Source of the DNA: a virus
Taxonomy: Duplodnaviria; Caudoviricetes
Reading direction: 5' to 3' (one strand)
Length of the DNA: 52,865 nt
IMG/VR virus record: IMGVR_UViG_3300017785_005555
Coordinates: 1-52,865 of that record
A program made the position numbers and the translations under genes. Numbering within the stretch: position 1 is the stretch's first letter; each line of letters begins with the position of its first letter. The notes under the pieces were generated by a model. It was not told the DNA's origin. It searched no databases and saw nothing but the letters and a program-made list of their open reading frames with translations. Below are positions 25,988-36,409 of the stretch, piece after piece.

Positions 25988-26436
25988 ACGAGAACCCGTT
26001 TGCAAAGAAGTCCGGCACCGAGGGTGCTGCCGAGCCCGGCAAGGTGGACGCCGCCGTCGCCGATCTGTCGGGGCAGGTGGAAGCCACGCTCGACGCCGCC
26101 GAGAAGGCAGGCTCGCTCAAACCGCTCCAGGAACTGATCGACGATCAGGGCCTGGACTGTACCGCGCGCGAGCTGTTCAAGTACGCGCAGGACGACCCGG
26201 CTACCCACGGCAAGAAGCCCGAGGAGCTGGCCGCCATGCTCGCCGAGGACGACGGGCTGGTGTCCGACCTCCTCGCGTTGAAGGACAAGGGCGGCCGGGC
26301 GGCCGAGTCCTCCGGCGGGGAGGAGTCCTACATGGACGCCATGCGCCGGGTGCAGGCCGAGCCCAAGAAGAAGAAGGCTAAGCCCGACGCGGGCAACGGC
26401 TTCGAGATGGACGAAGACGAAGACGAAGACGATTAG
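25984..26436 (+). CDS. Acidic hypothetical protein
   Basis: 150 aa, ATGA-coupled, acidic tail. Confidence 0.75.
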   Translation: MNENPFAKKSGTEGAAEPGKVDAAVADLSGQVEATLDAAEKAGSLKPLQELIDDQGLDCTARELFKYAQDDPATHGKKPEELAAMLAEDDGLVSDLLALKDKGGRAAESSGGEESYMDAMRRVQAEPKKKKAKPDAGNGFEMDEDEDEDD

Positions 26437-26465
26437 GGAAGAACTTCCCTTCGAGGAGCAGCACC

Positions 26466-27410
26466 ATGTTGACACTTCTGGCTTTGACGTGCCCCTTCGG
26501 CACCTACATCGACGAGACCCCCTCCGGCAGCGAAGGCGGCGGTGCAGGTGACGGAGGTGGCGGCGGACCTTCTACCCCCACTTCTGGTGGTGATGCCGGC
26601 GCGGGGTCTGCTGTTCCCTCCGCGCCGCAGGCAGCTCCAGGAGCGGGGGTCTCCGCCGAGTGGAACGGGGAGATGGAGTCCCTGCGCAACGAGTCCTGGT
26701 TCAAGGATCTGCCGGTGGAAAGGCAGACCCAGCTCGAAGCTGGCCTGCGCACGAAGCACTCGAACTGGCAGCGCGGGTTCCAGACCAAGATGGGCACCTT
26801 CGCCAAGGAGAAGGAGGAGCTGACCCGGCAGCTCGCCGAGGCGCGCTCCGCCAAGGACATGTTCTCCGAGATGCTGGGTCAGGAGGAGGCGATCAAGCCG
26901 CTCACCGACAAGCTCTCCGGGCTGGAAACGGCGTTGTCCGCCAAGGACACGGAGATCCAGGAGCTGCGCGGGAAGGTTGAGGGCTTCGAGTCGGAACGGG
27001 CCACCGCCTTCGTGCAGAACACGTTGTCTCGGCATGAGCGGGAGTACGCCGACATCTACGCCGACTTCGTGGAAGATCCCGACTACGGCGAGGGCAAGCC
27101 CAAGGACGTGGCCGAGCCTACCGGCGCCTACGTGGAGTTCACCACCCTGGTGCGTGCCCTGGGCGGTGGCGAGGCGGCGGAGAAGAGGGCTGCCAAGATC
27201 GTGCGCGCGGAGATGGCGGAGCGGGCCGGCGCATCCGCCCGGCCGCCCGATCCGCCGGCCGAGGTCGTGCCGAAGGCGGTGCGGCTGGCGGGCACCGGCG
27301 GGGGGCCCCGTGCGTCGGACACGACGCGGGACCCGAACGAGACCTACGAGCAGGCACGTAGGCGAGTTCTTGGCGAGACCGCCGGGCAGGAAGAGGACGA
27401 CGACGATTAG
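26466..27410 (+). CDS. Putative capsid scaffolding protein
   Basis: Low-complexity N-terminus, coiled coil (GFQTKM...KEKEEL), immediately upstream of the capsid gene. Confidence 0.7.
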   Translation: MLTLLALTCPFGTYIDETPSGSEGGGAGDGGGGGPSTPTSGGDAGAGSAVPSAPQAAPGAGVSAEWNGEMESLRNESWFKDLPVERQTQLEAGLRTKHSNWQRGFQTKMGTFAKEKEELTRQLAEARSAKDMFSEMLGQEEAIKPLTDKLSGLETALSAKDTEIQELRGKVEGFESERATAFVQNTLSRHEREYADIYADFVEDPDYGEGKPKDVAEPTGAYVEFTTLVRALGGGEAAEKRAAKIVRAEMAERAGASARPPDPPAEVVPKAVRLAGTGGGPRASDTTRDPNETYEQARRRVLGETAGQEEDDDD

Positions 27411-27431
27411 TAGGAAAGTTGTCGTGTGTGC

Positions 27432-27461
27432 TTGCGTCGCATGAGCTACCCGGAGTATGCT
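27432..27461 (+). promoter_or_regulatory. Sigma70-like promoter of the capsid gene
   Basis: TTGCGT-N18-TATGCT. Confidence 0.6.
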
Positions 27462-27583
27462 TCCTGCAAGCACCCGCTCAACCCTGCGTAGGCGCAAGCA
27501 CGCAGGAGAGGACGCGGTAGGGCGAGACGACTTCTCCCTACGAACCCTCCCTGCGTGTGGATTCACACGCCCCCGTGTGCAGC

Positions 27584-28645
27584 ATGGCCGTCAGCCGCGA
27601 ACTCCTCAACACCACCTTCGAGAACTTCCGCGGGCCCCTCGTCCGCACCTTCGCCCAGAACACGCCGCTTCGTCGGATGTTGATCTCGAAGGCGAAGATC
27701 ACCACGGATGCCGGCTCGTTCGTCGAGCGTGGCATCATCACCGGCTCCCCCTCGCGCGGGACCGGCATGTTCAACGGCGACGAGGTGCTCGACCGCACCC
27801 GGCGCAAGAAGACCGATCGGTACCGCGTGGATTACCACCGCGTCGTGATCTCGATCAACATCCCCCAGAAGGAGCTGAACCAGAACAAGGGGAAGCAGGG
27901 GGCTGTCAAGCTCATCCAGGACTACCCCAAGTCCGTGACGGACAGCTACGTGATGGACCGGGAGAAGTACCTTCTCGTCGGGAAGAGCGCCGGCATGGCG
28001 ATCGACTCCGAGGAGCTGTACGGGTACTCCACCCTCAACGGGCAGTTCACCAGCGGCATCGGCTCCGGCGTGGAGAACGGGCTCCTCGACTTCCGCACCC
28101 CGGCCGACCAGACCGCCGACGGCGAGCTGGTGCAGAACGTCGCGAAGTCCAGCGCGATCTGGCACTACAACCAGTACGGGGACATCGGCACCTGGGCGAC
28201 GGACGGCATGAAGGTGCTGCGCCGGACCTACCGTGCTGCCGCGCAGTTCGCGTCCGGCGAGAACGGCGGCGTGGACCTGATCTTCATGGACGACGAGACC
28301 TACGGCAACTACCAGGAGTCGAAGGCCGACATCGTGCGGACGAAGAAGCTCGACGAGAACATCGACAAGGGCAACACGTTGAAGGACGTGTTCGCGCTGG
28401 CCGGCGTCTTCCCGTCCCAGCTCATCGACCTCGCCGCCGACATGACCGGGGACGCCGTGGATGGCGTGATCTACGGCATCAACACGGAATGGGTCGAGAT
28501 CGTCCAGTTGGAGAAGTCCCACATGTCCGGCTTCGTGGACGCGGGCCCGGATCAGGACGGCGTGACGGCGAAGCTGTCCGAGCACGAGGCGATGATCTGG
28601 CAGAAGTTCCCCGCACACTTCTGCATCTCCGGGGGCAGCCGGTAG
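27584..28645 (+). CDS. Major capsid protein (HK97 fold expected)
   Basis: 353 aa, very strong codon bias, position after scaffold; ELNQNKG..AVKLI and IYGINT resemble podoviral capsid proteins. Confidence 0.8.
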   Translation: MAVSRELLNTTFENFRGPLVRTFAQNTPLRRMLISKAKITTDAGSFVERGIITGSPSRGTGMFNGDEVLDRTRRKKTDRYRVDYHRVVISINIPQKELNQNKGKQGAVKLIQDYPKSVTDSYVMDREKYLLVGKSAGMAIDSEELYGYSTLNGQFTSGIGSGVENGLLDFRTPADQTADGELVQNVAKSSAIWHYNQYGDIGTWATDGMKVLRRTYRAAAQFASGENGGVDLIFMDDETYGNYQESKADIVRTKKLDENIDKGNTLKDVFALAGVFPSQLIDLAADMTGDAVDGVIYGINTEWVEIVQLEKSHMSGFVDAGPDQDGVTAKLSEHEAMIWQKFPAHFCISGGSR

Positions 28646-28698
28646 CAATACCGACCGCCCTCGGGTCTCCTACGCCCCTTCACATCTACGAGGTTCCC

Positions 28699-29196
28699 AT
28701 GTACTCTCAACTGCTCGGCGACGACGTGTTCGCTGTTTCCACCGACCGGCGGGCCAAGCCCGGCGAGCTGGTGATCACCAACGACCGCACCTACGGGACG
28801 CGGGTGTGGCGCTTCGTGAAGAACGACGACCCCGCCGCCGCGTTCCCGATGGGCACGATCATCCAGCGGAAGGCCGCGACCGTGGACGACATGACGGGCA
28901 TCGTCTGTGTCACCGATGCGGTCAGCCGCTTCCGGGTGCTCGGCGTGAGCCAGTGTCCGACCACGAGCGCGTGGCCGAAGGGCAGCTTCGCCTACGCGTT
29001 GAAGGAGGGCATCGGCTTCATCCTCGGTGACGGCGCCGTCTCCGCCGGGGACGCTGTGTGCTCGTCCAACACCGCAGGGCGCGGGCGCACCGCCGTGGCG
29101 GCCACGCTCGTTGACCAGTCCGGTGTCTTCGCGTTCGCCCTGGAAGCCGACGGCGCGGCGGGCACCACCTTCCGCGGGCACATCTGCTGTCCGTAG
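28699..29196 (+). CDS. Putative capsid decoration/cement protein
   Basis: 165 aa directly after the capsid gene; G..WRFVK, VSAGD; SD GAGG. Confidence 0.6.
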   Translation: MYSQLLGDDVFAVSTDRRAKPGELVITNDRTYGTRVWRFVKNDDPAAAFPMGTIIQRKAATVDDMTGIVCVTDAVSRFRVLGVSQCPTTSAWPKGSFAYALKEGIGFILGDGAVSAGDAVCSSNTAGRGRTAVAATLVDQSGVFAFALEADGAAGTTFRGHICCP

Positions 29197-29270
29197 TCTG
29201 GTAGGTCTACCGGTGGGCCTGTCGAGGTGATACACTTCGGCAGGCCCATCGTCGTTTCTGGGAGGTGCAA

Positions 29271-30773
29271 GTGAATCGCAAGCTACTGCGCACCAAGGTG
29301 GGCCGCCGGCTGTCCTGGCGAGCGGACATCGACGCGGACAGCATCGCGGCCTTCAACGAGGCCATCAACGATGCCCAGAAGAAGCTCGCCGGGGATTGCC
29401 CGTCGGCCTTCATGCCCGACGAAGAGAGCATCGTGCTCTACCCCGACTACACCAACGGGACCATGGGGCGCACGCTGGCCGCGACGACGGATCCCTACGT
29501 GCTCACGTTCGGCGCCAGCCCTGGCGCGGCGGGCACGTCGGAGCCCGTGGTGGACGGGACCTGGGACGGCATTTACCACCTGGAGATCACGGACCCGACC
29601 GGGCAGGCTCACCGTCGGCAGACCCGTGAGTTCTGGAAGGCGACGGTGGCTGGAGGCCCTGCGGGCGATCAGATCTTCGTGTCGCTCGACCGCCCTTGGC
29701 GGAACAGCACGGACTCGGGCATGGCCTTCCGCCTGCACCAGCCGGAGTTCTTCTTTAGGGACGACGTGATGGAGGTGCTCGACGGCGGCATCTGGGACCA
29801 GACCGGAGCCCATCTCGTCGCGTTGCCCGAACACTTCATGCGGTTCTACAACGACCAGGACTACCGGGGGAACCGCACCGCGCGCCCCGAGTACCTCGTG
29901 CGGGGCCGGCACTTCCAGCTCGACGCGCCTCTGACCCCGCCGCTGGCGGTGCGGGCGGAACAGCTCGGACCCTGGGTGGGGCGCGAGCCCATCGGCCGGT
30001 TCCGGTTCATGTACACCTACGCGTCGGGGAAGAAGGACGCCGAGCGGCAGTCGCCCGTTGGCGGCTACGACCCCATGTGGGAGTCCTCGCCCTCGCCGGC
30101 CTCCGAGGCCATCACCCTCACGGACGCCTCCCAGCTCATCCAGATCAAGGGGCTGCCGAACATCGACTACATGCAGGACTTCGACCCCATCGCGGGTGGA
30201 ACGCTGCGCGCGGGCCGCTCCGGCGTGTACAAGAGGCTCTACGTGATCCGTGAGACGACCGACACCACCGGCGCCTTCGTCGATGAGGTCGAGCCGCTGG
30301 GCGTCCCCATGTTCCTGGGGAACGTGGAGGGCAACGTCGTGCAGACCACCTGGGACGGGTCGGTCATTCCGGTCTACACGCGGCGCCTCCCCGAGGTACA
30401 GGGGTACTTCGCGCACCGGATGGTGCCCCACCAGAACCAGCGGTACGAGGTGGACTTCCGGGTGCGCCGCCGGCCGCGGGATCTCGGGCACGATGGCGAC
30501 GCCCCGCGGGTACACCCTGACGCCGAGGAGGCCCTGGTGCTCCTCTGCTGCTACTTCTGCGCGAAGCTGGACAAGCAGTACGACGAGGCGGACAAGGCCC
30601 TCGAACAGTACACCGGCAGCCCGGCGAAGAACATCGAGGGAGAACTTCCCAAGTTCATGCGCCAGCACGGCAACCCCGTGCGCGTGATTCCCGGAGGGAT
30701 CTGGACTCCCCCCGGTCGTGGTGGGGGCAGCAGACGCCAAGACCCCAACCGCTACAACTACTTCAAGGCGTGA
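29271..30773 (+). CDS. Putative head-tail adaptor with large insertion
   Basis: N-terminal LRTKV.RRL...NEAINDAQ and C-terminal P..L..D.D.P.VH..AEEALV, adaptor-like; SD GGAGGT. Confidence 0.55.
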   Translation: MNRKLLRTKVGRRLSWRADIDADSIAAFNEAINDAQKKLAGDCPSAFMPDEESIVLYPDYTNGTMGRTLAATTDPYVLTFGASPGAAGTSEPVVDGTWDGIYHLEITDPTGQAHRRQTREFWKATVAGGPAGDQIFVSLDRPWRNSTDSGMAFRLHQPEFFFRDDVMEVLDGGIWDQTGAHLVALPEHFMRFYNDQDYRGNRTARPEYLVRGRHFQLDAPLTPPLAVRAEQLGPWVGREPIGRFRFMYTYASGKKDAERQSPVGGYDPMWESSPSPASEAITLTDASQLIQIKGLPNIDYMQDFDPIAGGTLRAGRSGVYKRLYVIRETTDTTGAFVDEVEPLGVPMFLGNVEGNVVQTTWDGSVIPVYTRRLPEVQGYFAHRMVPHQNQRYEVDFRVRRRPRDLGHDGDAPRVHPDAEEALVLLCCYFCAKLDKQYDEADKALEQYTGSPAKNIEGELPKFMRQHGNPVRVIPGGIWTPPGRGGGSRRQDPNRYNYFKA

Positions 30774-30786
30774 ACGGAGCAGCAGC

Positions 30787-31380
30787 ATGGTCAAGCACGT
30801 AGTCGGCACCGCGGCTTTCGCGGCGGTGGATCCCAAGAAGGACAAGGTTCACGAGCGTCCCTATGACGGGCAGCGGTGGATGCAGATCCACGACGGCGGC
30901 CAGCGCATCACCTGGGGCCGCGTGATCGGCCTCCAGGAGTGGCAGGACAAGGACGGCAACGTCGTGAACTGGAAGGCGTACGTGTGGGACGGGTTCCGCA
31001 CCCCCTACTCCGTCACGAAGAACGACCGCTGGCGCTCCGCGTCGGACTGGCACGCCGCGTCGGCTGACGTGCAGGACGATCCGGCGGTGGGTCTCGCCCA
31101 GGCGCTCGCCCAGGTGGCCGCGCTGGAGAAGCAGGTGGCCGCCCTCGGCACCCGGCTCGCCATGCTCGACACCATCCCGCGCGCCGAGGTCGAGGGCGCC
31201 CTCACCGAGCTGGACGGGCGCCTCACCGCCATCGAGCAGGCGCCCCAGGGGGAGGCCCCGGTCGTCGATCCGGTGTCGGAGGTGGCGCGCACGGGGGCGC
31301 CGGCCGCCAGGGGACAATCCGCCGGCGGAAAGCCCCCGGCGGGGAAGGCACCCAAGAAGTTGGCCGAGATGCAGGAGTAA
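30787..31380 (+). CDS. Hypothetical protein with coiled coil
   Basis: SD GGAG; GC3-biased. Confidence 0.7.
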   Translation: MVKHVVGTAAFAAVDPKKDKVHERPYDGQRWMQIHDGGQRITWGRVIGLQEWQDKDGNVVNWKAYVWDGFRTPYSVTKNDRWRSASDWHAASADVQDDPAVGLAQALAQVAALEKQVAALGTRLAMLDTIPRAEVEGALTELDGRLTAIEQAPQGEAPVVDPVSEVARTGAPAARGQSAGGKPPAGKAPKKLAEMQE

Positions 31381-31383
31381 CCC

Positions 31384-33474
31384 ATGCGCAAGACCGTACG
31401 CGTAGGTCTCCCCACCATCGAGTCCGGCAAGCACTACGCGCCGGACGCTTTGGCCGAGGAGATCATCAACTTCGAGGACCATCCCCAGGGTGGTATTCGC
31501 GCCGTGCGTGGGCCTTGCGTTCTGGTCCCTGACTACAACAACGACGGGGTGTTCGCGTCTCAATACGGCACGATGCACGGTGTATTCCACGCCATGCTCG
31601 ATTCTGGGATGCGCGACACCATGCTCGTGCGCACGGGCGACAAGCTCATCGTGCAGCGCGGGTACGAGCAGGACTACGAGACGTTGCAGACGGGCTTGTC
31701 GAACGAAGGAAACGTCCGATTCCCTGATCAGTTCTGCGAGGTAGCGGGCAAGGTCATCTGGACGAACGGTGTGAACGCCGCCCTGGCGTACGACGGGTAC
31801 CTGCTCATGCCGCTGGGCTACAGCGACGGGCCCGGCGCCCCGATGGCGAAGGGTCCCGACATGGTGACATCCAGCACCAGCAACCCGGAGGAGAACCCGA
31901 CCGTCAACCGTAACTCCAGCGGGTACTCGCACCCCGGCCGCATCGGCACGCCAGGGGACGTGCTCGCGGGCCAGCAGGGCTGCCTCCGGCAGGGGGCGTG
32001 GTATTATTGGGGCCAGTGGGAGGACACCTTCGGCAACCTGTCGCCCCTGTCGGCGGTGTCAGGCCCCGTGACAGTACGCACCGAGGACGCCGCCTGGAGC
32101 TACAACAAGGACTTCATCGCCTGGAACTCCGAGGGCTCCCTGGCGCAGTATGCCGTCGGGATCGACGACCTCACCAAGCAGTTCTTCGCCGGGAACCTGA
32201 CCGCTGGCCCCGATGGCACGGTGGCGTACCACCTGTTTCGGTCCCAGGACACGATGGTGAACCCCTCGGAGCCGCGCCTCGTGGTGCGGATCCCGGACAA
32301 CAACCCCACCAAGGTGTACCCCGACAACCATTCGGACGCCGAGCTGGGCGGCAAGGCGCTCGACGTGGTGCCCGTCCCCCACTTCAAGGTGATGTGCCCC
32401 TTCGGCGGCGGGCTTGCCATCGCGAACACGTCGGCCAACCCCGGCATCGTCATGATCTCCGAGGCCGGCGCGGCGGGCACCTTCCTGCGCGGGCGCTGGG
32501 TCTACCCCGACCCCAACGGGGCCGAGGTCACGGGGCTTGCGAACTTCGACCGGCGCCTGCTCGCGTTCACCATCAACACCGTGTTCGAGATCACCGAGCG
32601 GGACGGGCAGTTGGAGGCCATCCCGCTCACGTCAGGTATCGGCTGCGTCGCGCCGTCGAGCATCAAGGCCACGGGCTTCGGCGCCCTCGTCTGGCTGGGC
32701 CGCGACGGCTTCTACGGCATGGCGGCGGGCGGCGCCGTAGAGAACATCTCCGTCAAGGACATCGACGAGCTGTTCAAGACGCTCAACCTGACCCGCTTGT
32801 CCCAGGCGGTGGCCGAATGGTGCCCGCGCTCCCAGGAGTACCTGTGCGCCGTGACGCCGAGCGGCCAGCTCGGGAACACGCTCGTGCTGGCGTTCAACGG
32901 TGCGGGCTGGAAGCGGCGCAAGTACAAGCTCCAGTTCGCGGGGTTGACCCTCACGAAGGACGAGAGGCAGTACGTGGTCGGATGCGGCGCCCTGGACAAC
33001 GGTACCATCCCGAACGTCTACGTGCTCGACCGGGAGACGAGGAACTTCGCCAACCCCCAGAAGACGTACCTCTACCGGACGAACTGGCTGCGCCTGGACC
33101 CCCATGGGCGCGACCGGTTCGACGCGTCCTGCGTGTACGTGGGCTTCGTCGAGTCGAGCAACGCCAAGCTGACGTGGCGCACCTACCAGAACGGGCGTCG
33201 GGATGTAGCGGTGCAGACCAGCGTAGCGGACAACTCCCTTACCCTCGTGGCGCCAGACCTCGCGGACAACCTTTCCACCATCGTGCTGGGTACGGGGAAG
33301 GTCAGGCGACCCCGGCTGTTCTGGCGAAAGTTCACCTTCAAGCTCACGGGTGTGGACTCTTTCGCGTTCGACCTGGAAGGGCAGGAGGCCAACGACGTGT
33401 ACCCGCACATCGTTGCGTTCATGTTCGATGTTACGATGGTGGAAGACAAGGGTGCAACGGTACCCCGAGGATAG
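31384..33474 (+). CDS. Putative tail nozzle / DNA stabilisation protein (beta-propeller)
   Basis: GIGCVAPSSI, LVWLGRDGFY, VTGLANF, ISVKDIDELF are typical of P22 gp10/T7 gp12-like proteins. Confidence 0.7.
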   Translation: MRKTVRVGLPTIESGKHYAPDALAEEIINFEDHPQGGIRAVRGPCVLVPDYNNDGVFASQYGTMHGVFHAMLDSGMRDTMLVRTGDKLIVQRGYEQDYETLQTGLSNEGNVRFPDQFCEVAGKVIWTNGVNAALAYDGYLLMPLGYSDGPGAPMAKGPDMVTSSTSNPEENPTVNRNSSGYSHPGRIGTPGDVLAGQQGCLRQGAWYYWGQWEDTFGNLSPLSAVSGPVTVRTEDAAWSYNKDFIAWNSEGSLAQYAVGIDDLTKQFFAGNLTAGPDGTVAYHLFRSQDTMVNPSEPRLVVRIPDNNPTKVYPDNHSDAELGGKALDVVPVPHFKVMCPFGGGLAIANTSANPGIVMISEAGAAGTFLRGRWVYPDPNGAEVTGLANFDRRLLAFTINTVFEITERDGQLEAIPLTSGIGCVAPSSIKATGFGALVWLGRDGFYGMAAGGAVENISVKDIDELFKTLNLTRLSQAVAEWCPRSQEYLCAVTPSGQLGNTLVLAFNGAGWKRRKYKLQFAGLTLTKDERQYVVGCGALDNGTIPNVYVLDRETRNFANPQKTYLYRTNWLRLDPHGRDRFDASCVYVGFVESSNAKLTWRTYQNGRRDVAVQTSVADNSLTLVAPDLADNLSTIVLGTGKVRRPRLFWRKFTFKLTGVDSFAFDLEGQEANDVYPHIVAFMFDVTMVEDKGATVPRG

Positions 33475-33480
33475 GTCCAG

Positions 33481-35058
33481 GTGGCGCACATCTTCCCCGA
33501 AAGCGAGCTTCGTCCGAACGAAGTGGCCGACCCTATCAAGCTCGACCGGGCGTTGCAGCCATTGGTGGAGAAGCTGGGCGGCGGGCTCAACGAGCACGAC
33601 TTCTCGGCCACCGAAGCGGGTGGGGCCAAGCTGGTGCCCCTGGCGCGCGTGGCGGACGACGCGTACTACGCCGCGTACCAGACCAAGGCACACGTCTCTA
33701 TGCAGGTGAACAGCGGCGCCCACGCGTACGCCAAGCCGTCTGCCGTGGGTCCCCTGGGGCGCACCGCCACGTTGCTGGACACCCCGGCCTGGACTGTCTT
33801 GACGGAGGATACCACCGGCACAATGATGCGCAAGTCGGTGCCCACGGGCGAGGACATCCTGTTCGTCTTCGCGCAGGTGCAGATCGCGGGCTGGCTCGGC
33901 ACGCTGGGCACGAACCCGTCCACGCCGTCGGTGGAGGCGTACCGAGTCCAGTTCGCGCTCCAAGTGGACGGCGTGGTGATCGAAGACACCATCACGGGGC
34001 CCGCGCACGTACCCGACTGGCCCTCCCAGCAGACGTACGCAGGCGTCCACGCGTTCTCCGCCGTCAACGACTTCGACTACCGCCACAAGTTCGTCCAGAA
34101 GAACGGCGTTGGGCTTCCCAACCACATCCAGCCGGCCCGGCTGACGCGTTCCTTCGCGGTGGTGGAGGGGTCCCACGACATCGACCTCGTGTACCGCCGG
34201 CTGCCGCGCAACAACTACGAGATCGACAACGACGGCGACGGGTCCTCCATGGCCGCGTTCAACCGGCGCCTCGTGGTGGTCCGGTTCCACGGCTGGGCGG
34301 CGTGGGCGGGCGGCGGAGCTACCCTCGCGGTGGAGGCGTGGCAGGATGGCGACCTCGTATCCAGCGCGGCGCTGGTGACGGGGCGCCTGGACAAGGTGCG
34401 CGTACACATGAACGCCCTGCCCGAGGGCGCGGCACGGCGCGGGGCCTTCCGTAACGAACATCTTCCTTCTCTGGTGGTCTGGAGTGACTGTGAGGTGCTG
34501 GCGCCGGCCGCAGATCAGGCCATCGCGGCTACGTCCACCTACGCGGGGTACGGCTCCACCACCGGCTGGCAGCAGATCGGCGACGGCGCCGGCACGTTCC
34601 TGCGGGTGCAGACCGTAGCGAACCTGACCGACAATGCCGGGGTCCTGCTCGTGCTCGCCAACGTCCACGTCGCCCGCATCAACGTCACCGGGGACAGCAC
34701 CGACCGGTGCATGGGGTTCTTCTGTCTGCGGTACAAGGACGCGACGAACACCTGGAACTATCTCGGTGAGACCGAAGCCGCCCTCACGCCGCGCAACCGC
34801 GCCGACCCCATCGGGGCCCAGGGCGTCCCCCTGGCGGGCCTGTCTGCCGGGCAGAACCCGTGCCACGAGGACGTGCCTCTGTTCTGGGCGGTGGACACGC
34901 GCGCGCTCCTGGTGGCGAACCCCAACGCGAGCAGCATCCGTGAAATCGAGGTGGTCCAGGCCACCTGGGACGGGACGGGGGCCGCCTTGGCGGTGAACCA
35001 GCGCACCCAGAACGGGGTGCTCACGGCTTTCCTGCTGCGGGGGGTGACTCTTGCCTGA
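33481..35058 (+). CDS. Putative virion structural protein
   Basis: 525 aa, beta-rich, in the tail module. Confidence 0.6.
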   Translation: MAHIFPESELRPNEVADPIKLDRALQPLVEKLGGGLNEHDFSATEAGGAKLVPLARVADDAYYAAYQTKAHVSMQVNSGAHAYAKPSAVGPLGRTATLLDTPAWTVLTEDTTGTMMRKSVPTGEDILFVFAQVQIAGWLGTLGTNPSTPSVEAYRVQFALQVDGVVIEDTITGPAHVPDWPSQQTYAGVHAFSAVNDFDYRHKFVQKNGVGLPNHIQPARLTRSFAVVEGSHDIDLVYRRLPRNNYEIDNDGDGSSMAAFNRRLVVVRFHGWAAWAGGGATLAVEAWQDGDLVSSAALVTGRLDKVRVHMNALPEGAARRGAFRNEHLPSLVVWSDCEVLAPAADQAIAATSTYAGYGSTTGWQQIGDGAGTFLRVQTVANLTDNAGVLLVLANVHVARINVTGDSTDRCMGFFCLRYKDATNTWNYLGETEAALTPRNRADPIGAQGVPLAGLSAGQNPCHEDVPLFWAVDTRALLVANPNASSIREIEVVQATWDGTGAALAVNQRTQNGVLTAFLLRGVTLA

Positions 35059-35854
35059 TGTAGTTCTTCCGTACGCGCCCGCTGACGGCGCTACCCTGGA
35101 CCCCGCGGAGGTCAACAAGGATCTCTATGAGGTGCCGGCGAACCTGCCGGCGGGGCGCCTGTCTCTGCTCGAAACGTCGAACGGGGCGATCACGTTCGAC
35201 AACCTGGACCCCACGTTCAAGGTGCGGTCCCACATGATCCGCCCCTGGCAGGTGGGGAAGCCTGCCTCCTCGGGGCTCATCCAGCCGATGGACTTCTTCC
35301 AGAACGCGTGGGGCCAGGACAAGGTGTTCTACGGGGTGGCCGGGGCCAACCTGACCTTCTACCAGCCCTACGACCTCAACCTTGCGTTGTTCTTCGCCAG
35401 CTTCTTCGTGAGCATCTGGCGGCAGCGCGGGAAGAAGGGCAACCAGAACACCTGGGCCGATGCGCCGGAGATCCTGGTGCGCTGCCGGCTTGATGGCGTC
35501 GATCTGCCGCATACGAACCGGCCTATGCCCGAGACGATCTACTACGAGGCGGGAGCGCCCACGTACGGACCTGCCGGGGCGGAGGGGTATGACTACACCT
35601 TCGCGCGGGAGGAGCGGCTCACCCGGTTCTACAACATCCACCACCCCAAGCGGTTGGGAGGCAGCGCCGTGAAGGGCACCGACCAGCTCACGAAGGGGCA
35701 CCACACGTTCGGCCTGCACGTCTACGTGGCGCAGAACGTCGGCACCGAGAAGGTGGACCGCGACGGTGTGGACTTGTACCCCTTGTCGGTGTGGAAGAAC
35801 ATGCACCGCCTTCGCGTGTTCGTGCGTCACGCTGACGTGTTACCCTTCCTGTAG
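35051..35854 (+). CDS. Putative virion structural protein
   Basis: N-terminal DGATLDPAEVN resembles tail-attachment segments. Confidence 0.6.
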   Translation: MPDVVLPYAPADGATLDPAEVNKDLYEVPANLPAGRLSLLETSNGAITFDNLDPTFKVRSHMIRPWQVGKPASSGLIQPMDFFQNAWGQDKVFYGVAGANLTFYQPYDLNLALFFASFFVSIWRQRGKKGNQNTWADAPEILVRCRLDGVDLPHTNRPMPETIYYEAGAPTYGPAGAEGYDYTFAREERLTRFYNIHHPKRLGGSAVKGTDQLTKGHHTFGLHVYVAQNVGTEKVDRDGVDLYPLSVWKNMHRLRVFVRHADVLPFL

Positions 35855-35869
35855 ACGGTGGAGTCCGAG

Positions 35870-36400
35870 ATGATCAACCCGTATGTAGCTATCGCGGGCG
35901 CTGTTGCGAACTCCGCGTACACCGCTATGGGTGCGAGCACGAAGGCTGCGACGCAGCAGCGCAAGCTCCTGTTCGCCGACGTGGATCGGTTGAAGAACAA
36001 CAAGCTCGGCGCGAGTGAAGCGGACACGGCTTCCAAGCTGGGGCGCGACCAACGCGCGATCCAGGCCCAGCAGTCCCAGATGAACGCGGACGCGACGCGG
36101 CAAGCTGCGGCGTCCGGCGGCATGGGTCGGTCGGGAGCGTACTTCGCCAACCAGCAGAACATCGCCAAGCAGGCGTCCGACACGCTCGCGGCGCAGGCCG
36201 CGACCTACGAGCAGCAGTCCTCCGCCCTGGCGGCGAACCAGCGCGCCGAGATCATCGGACGGCTCGACGCCCAGGGCGACCGAGGAAGGCAGGTGTGGAA
36301 CCGGAAGGGCGACATCGCCGAGCGCGGGGCCGAGAAGTTCGCAGGGATGGACTCCTCCGTCAATGATTGGGCGGGTACCGAGCAGACTTTCGACGCGTAG
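35870..36400 (+). CDS. Putative internal virion / DNA pilot protein
   Basis: Hydrophobic Ala/Gly N-terminus followed by Gln/Ala-rich helices. Confidence 0.6.
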   Translation: MINPYVAIAGAVANSAYTAMGASTKAATQQRKLLFADVDRLKNNKLGASEADTASKLGRDQRAIQAQQSQMNADATRQAAASGGMGRSGAYFANQQNIAKQASDTLAAQAATYEQQSSALAANQRAEIIGRLDAQGDRGRQVWNRKGDIAERGAEKFAGMDSSVNDWAGTEQTFDA

Positions 36401-36409
36401 GAGGGTTAC

